Below, one piece after another: positions 56,784 to 64,000 of a DNA stretch of 64,000 bases. Location of the stretch: contig OZ024740.1 in NCBI GenBank assembly GCA_964016885.1, forward strand, positions 33,108,001 to 33,172,000, written 5' to 3'. The translations under genes were made by a program, and so were the position numbers. Below the pieces are notes generated by a model, which was not told the origin of the DNA, searched no databases, and saw only the letters and a list, made by a program, of their open reading frames with translations. The DNA is from Eledone cirrhosa. Lineage: Eukaryota. Each line of letters begins with the position of its first letter. The first letter of the stretch is position 1.

Positions 56784-59700
56784 AGAAAGTGTTCATCTAT
56801 ATATTTTAGATAGAAAGTGTTTATTTATATATTCTAGATAGAAAGTGTTCATCTATATATTTTAGATAGAAAGTGACCATCTATATATTCTATATAGAAA
56901 GTGACATCTATATATTTTAGATAGAAAGTGTTCATCTATATATTCTAGATAGAAAATGACCATCTATATATTTTAGATAGAAAGTGACCATCTATATATT
57001 TTAGACAGAAAGTGTTCATCTATATATTCTAGATAGAAAGTGACCATCTATATATTCTAGATAGAAAATGACCATCTATATATTTTAGATAGAAAGTGTT
57101 CATCTATATATTCTAGATAGAAAGTGACCATCTATATATTCTAGATAGAAAGTGTTCATCTATATATTCTAGATAGAAATTGACTATCTATATATTCTAG
57201 ATAGAAAATGACAATCTATATATTTCAGATAGAATGTGACCATCTATATATTTTAAATAGAAAATGACCATCTATATATTCTAGATAGAAAGTGACCATC
57301 TATATATTTTAGATAGAAAGTGACCATCTATATATTTTAGACAGAAAGTGTTCATCTATATATTCTAGATAGAAAGTGTTCATCTATATATTCTAGATAG
57401 AAAGTGACCATCTATATATTCCAGATAGAAAGTGTTCATCTATATATTCTAGATAGAAAGTGTTCATCTATATATTCTACATAGAAAGTGTTCATCTATA
57501 TATTTTAGATAGAAAGTGTTTATTTATATATTCTAGATAGAAAGTGTTCATCTATATATTCTAGATAGAAAGTGACCATCTATATATTCTAGATAGAAAG
57601 TGTTCATCTATATATTCTACATAGAAAGTGTTCATCTATATATTTTAGATAGAAAGTGTTTATTTATATATTCTAGATAGAAAGTGTTCATCTATATATT
57701 CTAGATAGAAAGTGACCATCTATATATTCTAGATAGAAAGTGTTAATCTATATATTCTAGATAGAAAGTGACCATCTATATATTCTAGATAGAATGTATT
57801 CATCTATATTTTCTAGATAGAAAGTGACCATCTATATATTCTATATAGAAAGTGACCATTTATATATTTTAGATAGAAAGTGTTCATTTATATATTCTAG
57901 ATAGAAAATGACCATCTATATATTTTAGATAGAAAGTGACCATCTATATATTTTAGACAGAAAGTGTTCATCTATATATTCTAGATAGAAAGTGTTCATC
58001 TATATATTCTAGATAGAAAGTGACCATCCATATAATCTAGATAGAAAGTTTTCATATATATATTCTAGATAGAAAGTGACCATCTATATATTCCAGATAG
58101 AAAGTGTTCATATATATCTTCTAGATAGAAAGTGTTCATCTATATATTCCAGATAGAAAGTGTTCATCTATATATTCTACATAGAAAGTGTTCATCTATA
58201 TATTTTAGATAGAAAGTGTTTATTTATATATTCTAGATAGAATGTGACCATCTATATATTCAAGATAGAAAGTGTTCATCTATATATTTTAGATAGAAAG
58301 TGACCATCTAATTATTCTATATAGAAAGTGACCATCTATATATTTTAGATAGAAAGTGTTCATCTATATATTCTAGATAGAAAATGACCATCTATATATT
58401 TTAGATAGAAAGTGACCATCTATATATTTTAGACAGAAAGTGTTCATCTATATATTCTAGATAGAAAGTGACCATCCATATAATCTAGACAGAAAGTTTT
58501 CATTTATATATTCTAGATAGAAAGTGTTCATCTATATATTCCATATAGAAAGTGTTCATCTATATATTCTAGATAGAAAGTGACCATCTATATATTTTAG
58601 ATAGAAAGTGACCATCTATATATTCTAGATAGAAAGTGACCATCTATATATTCTAGATAGAAAGTAACCATCTATATATTTTAGATAGAAAATGACCATC
58701 TATATATATATTCTAGATAGAAAGTGTTCATATATATATTCTAGATAGAAAGTGTTCATCTATATATCCCAGATAGAAAGTGTTCATCTATATATTCTAC
58801 ATAGAAAGTGTTCATCTATATATTTTAGATAGAAAGTGTTTATTTATATATTCTAGATAGAAAGTGTTCATCTATATATTCTAGATAGAAAGTGACCACC
58901 TATATATTCTAGATAGAATGTATTCATCTATATTTTCTAGATAGAAAGTGACCATCTATATATTCTAGATAGAAAGTGTTCATCTATATATTCTAGATAG
59001 AAAGTGACTATCTATATATTCTAGATAGAAAATGACAATCTATATATTTCAGATAGAATGTGACCATCTATATATTTTAAATAGAACATGACCATCTATA
59101 TATGCTAGATAGAAAGTGACCATCTATATATTTTAGATAGAAAGTGACCATCTATATATTTTAGACAGAAAGTGTTCATCTATATATTCTAGATAGAAAG
59201 TGTTCATCTATATATTCTAGATAGAAAGTGACCATCTATATATTCCAGATAGAAAGTGTTCATCTATATATTCTAGATAGAAAGTGTTCATCCATATATT
59301 CTACATAGAAAGTGTTCATCTATATATTTTAGATAGAAAGTGTTTATTTATATATTCTAGATAGAAAGTGTTCATCTATATATTCTAGATAGAAAGTGAC
59401 CATCTATATATTCTAGATAGAATGTATTCATCTATATTTTCTAGATAGAAAGTGACCATCTATATATTCTAGATAGAAAGTGACCATCTTTATATTTTAG
59501 ATAAAAAGTGTTCATCTATATATTCTAGATAGAAAGTGACCATCTATACATTCTAGATAGAGAGTGTTCATCTATATATTTTAGATAGAAAGTGTTTATT
59601 TATATATTCTAGATAGAAAGTGTTCATCTATATATTCCAGATAGAAAGTGTTCATCTATATATTCTAGATAGAAAGTGACCATCTATATATTCTAGATAG

Positions 59701-62700
59701 AAAGTGTTCATCTATATATTCTAGATAGAAAGTGACTATCTATATATTCTAGATAGAAAATGACAATCTATATATTTCAGATAGAATGTGACCATCTATA
59801 TATTTTAAATAGAAAATGACCATCTATATATTCTAGATAGAAAGTGACCATCTATATATTTTAGATAGAAAGTGACCATCTATATATTTTAGACAGAAAG
59901 TGTTCATCTATATATTTTAGATAGAAAGTGTTTATTTATATATTCTAGATAGAAAGTGTTCATCTATATATTTTAGATAGAAAGTGACCATCTATATATT
60001 CTATATAGAAAGTGACATCTATATATTTTAGATAGAAAGTGTTCATCTATATATTCTAGATAGAAAATGACCATCTATATATTTTAGATAGAAAGTGACC
60101 ATCTATATATTTTAGACAGAAAGTGTTCATCTATATATTCTAGATAGAAAGTGACCATCTATATATTCTAGATAGAAAATGACCATCTATATATTTTAGA
60201 TAGAAAGTGTTCATCTATATATTCTAGATAGAAAGTGACCATCTATATATTCTAGATAGAAAGTGTTCATCTATATATTCTAGATAGAAATTGACTATCT
60301 ATATATTCTAGATAGAAAATGACAATCTATATATTTCAGATAGAATGTGACCATCTATATATTTTAAATAGAAAATGACCATCTATATATTCTAGATAGA
60401 AAGTGACCATCTATATATTTTAGATAGAAAGTGACCATCTATATATTTTAGACAGAAAGTGTTCATCTATATATTCTAGATAGAAAGTGTTCATCTATAT
60501 ATTCTAGATAGAAAGTGACCATCTATATATTCCAGATAGAAAGTGTTCATCTATATATTCTAGATAGAAAGTGTTCATCTATATATTCTACATAGAAAGT
60601 GTTCATCTATATATTTTAGATAGAAAGTGTTTATTTATATATTCTAGATAGAAAGTGTTCATCTATATATTCTAGATAGAAAGTGACCATCTATATATTC
60701 TAGATAGAAAGTGTTCATCTATATATTCTACATAGAAAGTGTTCATCTATATATTTTAGATAGAAAGTGTTTATTTATATATTCTAGATAGAAAGTGTTC
60801 ATCTATATATTCTAGATAGAAAGTGACCATCTATATATTCTAGATAGAAAGTGTTAATCTATATATTCTAGATAGAAAGTGACCATCTATATATTCTAGA
60901 TAGAATGTATTCATCTATATTTTCTAGATAGAAAGTGACCATCTATATATTCTATATAGAAAGTGACCATTTATATATTTTAGATAGAAAGTGTTCATTT
61001 ATATATTCTAGATAGAAAATGACCATCTATATATTTTAGATAGAAAGTGACCATCTATATATTTTAGACAGAAAGTGTTCATCTATATATTCTAGATAGA
61101 AAGTGTTCATCTATATATTCTAGATAGAAAGTGACCATCCATATAATCTAGATAGAAAGTTTTCATATATATATTCTAGATAGAAAGTGACCATCTATAT
61201 ATTCCAGATAGAAAGTGTTCATATATATCTTCTAGATAGAAAGTGTTCATCTATATATTCCAGATAGAAAGTGTTCATCTATATATTCTACATAGAAAGT
61301 GTTCATCTATATATTTTAGATAGAAAGTGTTTATTTATATATTCTAGATAGAATGTGACCATCTATATATTCAAGATAGAAAGTGTTCATCTATATATTT
61401 TAGATAGAAAGTGACCATCTAATTATTCTATATAGAAAGTGACCATCTATATATTTTAGATAGAAAGTGTTCATCTATATATTCTAGATAGAAAATGACC
61501 ATCTATATATTTTAGATAGAAAGTGACCATCTATATATTTTAGACAGAAAGTGTTCATCTATATATTCTAGATAGAAAGTGACCATCCATATAATCTAGA
61601 CAGAAAGTTTTCATTTATATATTCTAGATAGAAAGTGTTCATCTATATATTCCATATAGAAAGTGTTCATCTATATATTCTAGATAGAAAGTGACCATCT
61701 ATATATTTTAGATAGAAAGTGACCATCTATATATTCTAGATAGAAAGTGACCATCTATATATTCTAGATAGAAAGTAACCATCTATATATTTTAGATAGA
61801 AAATGACCATCTATATATATATTCTAGATAGAAAGTGTTCATATATATATTCTAGATAGAAAGTGTTCATCTATATATCCCAGATAGAAAGTGTTCATCT
61901 ATATATTCTACATAGAAAGTGTTCATCTATATATTTTAGATAGAAAGTGTTTATTTATATATTCTAGATAGAAAGTGTTCATCTATATATTCTAGATAGA
62001 AAGTGACCACCTATATATTCTAGATAGAATGTATTCATCTATATTTTCTAGATAGAAAGTGACCATCTATATATTCTAGATAGAAAGTGTTCATCTATAT
62101 ATTCTAGATAGAAAGTGACTATCTATATATTCTAGATAGAAAATGACAATCTATATATTTCAGATAGAATGTGACCATCTATATATTTTAAATAGAACAT
62201 GACCATCTATATATGCTAGATAGAAAGTGACCATCTATATATTTTAGATAGAAAGTGACCATCTATATATTTTAGACAGAAAGTGTTCATCTATATATTC
62301 TAGATAGAAAGTGTTCATCTATATATTCTAGATAGAAAGTGACCATCTATATATTCCAGATAGAAAGTGTTCATCTATATATTCTAGATAGAAAGTGTTC
62401 ATCCATATATTCTACATAGAAAGTGTTCATCTATATATTTTAGATAGAAAGTGTTTATTTATATATTCTAGATAGAAAGTGTTCATCTATATATTCTAGA
62501 TAGAAAGTGACCATCTATATATTCTAGATAGAATGTATTCATCTATATTTTCTAGATAGAAAGTGACCATCTATATATTCTAGATAGAAAGTGACCATCT
62601 TTATATTTTAGATAAAAAGTGTTCATCTATATATTCTAGATAGAAAGTGACCATCTATACATTCTAGATAGAGAGTGTTCATCTATATATTTTAGATAGA

Positions 62701-63027
62701 AAGTGTTTATTTATATATTCTAGATAGAAAGTGTTCATCTATATATTCCAGATAGAAAGTGTTCATCTATATATTCTAGATAGAAAGTGACCATCTATAT
62801 ATTCTAGATAGAAAGTGTTCATCTATATATTCTAGATAGAAAGTGACTATCTATATATTCTAGATAGAAAATGACAATCTATATATTTCAGATAGAATGT
62901 GACCATCTATATATTTTAAATAGAAAATGACCATCTATATATTCTAGATAGAAAGTGACCATCTATATATTTTAGATAGAAAGTGACCATCTATATATTT
63001 TAGACAGAAAGTGTTCATCTATATATT
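56784..63027. repeat. Near-perfect 3,111-bp tandem duplication (111 monomers)
   Basis: Private variants sit at a constant offset of 3,111: AAATTGACTAT ~57181/60292, GACCACCTAT ~58891/62002 and TATGCTAG 59101/62212. TATATCTTCTAG and TTCCATATAG are also paired. Confidence 0.9.
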
Positions 63028-64000
63028 CTAGATAGAAAGTGTTCATCTATATATTCTAGATAGAAAGTGACCATCTATATATTCCAGATAGAAAGTGTTC
63101 ATCTATATATTCTACATAGAAAGTGTTCATCTATATATTTTAGATAGAAAGTGTTTATTTATATATTCTAGATAGAAAGTGTTCATCTATATATTCTAGA
63201 TAGAAAGTGACCATCTATATATTCTAGATAGAATGTATTCATCTATATTTTCTAGATAGAAAGTGACCATCTATATATTCTATATAGAAAGTGACCATTT
63301 ATATATTTTAGATAGAAAGTGTTCATTTATATATTCTAGATAGAAAATGACCATCTATATATTTTAGATAGAAAGTGACCATCTATATATTTTAGACAGA
63401 AAGTGTTCATCTATATATTCTAGATAGAAAGTGACCATCCATATAATCTAGATAGAAAGTTTTCATATATATATTCTAGATAGAAAGTGACCATCTATAT
63501 ATTCCAGATAGAAAGTGTTCATCTATATATTCTAGATAGAAAGTGTTCATCTATATATTCTACATAGAAAGTGTTCATCTATATATTTTAGATAGAAAGT
63601 GTTTATTTATATATTCTAGATAGAAAGTGTTCATCTATATATTCTAGATAGAAAGTGACCATCTATATATTCTAGATAGAAAATGACAATCTATATATTT
63701 CAGATAGAATGTGACCATCTATATATTTTAAATAGAAAATGACCATCTATATATTCTACATAGAAAGTGACCATCTATATATTTTATATAGAAAGTGACC
63801 ATCTATATATTTTAGACAGAAAGTGTTCATCTATATATTCTAGATAGAAAGTGTTCATCTATATATTCTAGATAGAAAGTGACCATCTATATATTCCAGA
63901 TAGAAAGTGTTCATCTATATATTCTAGATAGAAAGTGTTCATCTATATATTCTACATAGAAAGTGTTCATCTATATATTTTAGATAGAAAGTGTTTATTT

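Larger units (their letters stand above)
20354..64000. repeat. 28-bp AT-rich tandem satellite array, right of the insertion (~1,560 monomers)
   Basis: Same monomer and orientation. It resumes in register (TCTAGATAGAAAGTG) immediately after the (GAT)8 tail and runs off the window end. Confidence 0.99.

Noticed and set aside
1-64000. CRISPR array (28-bp, partly palindromic repeat with GAAA)
   Set aside because: Repeats are directly abutting, with no unique spacers, leader or cas genes.
1-64000. Telomeric repeat, array inversion or repeat-encoded protein
   Set aside because: No TTAGGG-like tracts and no reverse-orientation monomers were seen. TAG stops on both strands cycle through all frames because 28 is not a multiple of 3, consistent with the empty ORF track.
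1-64000. TATA-box promoters in the TATATA runs
   Set aside because: They are an intrinsic part of every monomer, with no gene context.

Overview
About 99.5% of the window is one very AT-rich 28-bp tandem satellite, roughly 2,270 head-to-tail monomers in a single orientation. The consensus is AAGTG[TT/AC]CATCTATATATT[C/T]TAGATAGA, and it looks like eukaryotic heterochromatic or centromeric-type satellite DNA. The array has two variant domains (A ~1-17,020; B ~17,020-64,000) and nested duplications of about 2, 3.1 and 8.5-9.4 kb. The only unique sequence is a ~290-bp GC/CpG-rich insertion at 20,064-20,353 ending in (GAT)8. It looks like a 5'-truncated SINE or non-LTR retroposon, and from memory it resembles octopus/MetaSINE-type elements (unverified). 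The insert has an internal ~50-bp triplication with covarying hairpins and an atypical one-sided target duplication. I find no credible protein-coding gene, CRISPR array or new multi-gene system.
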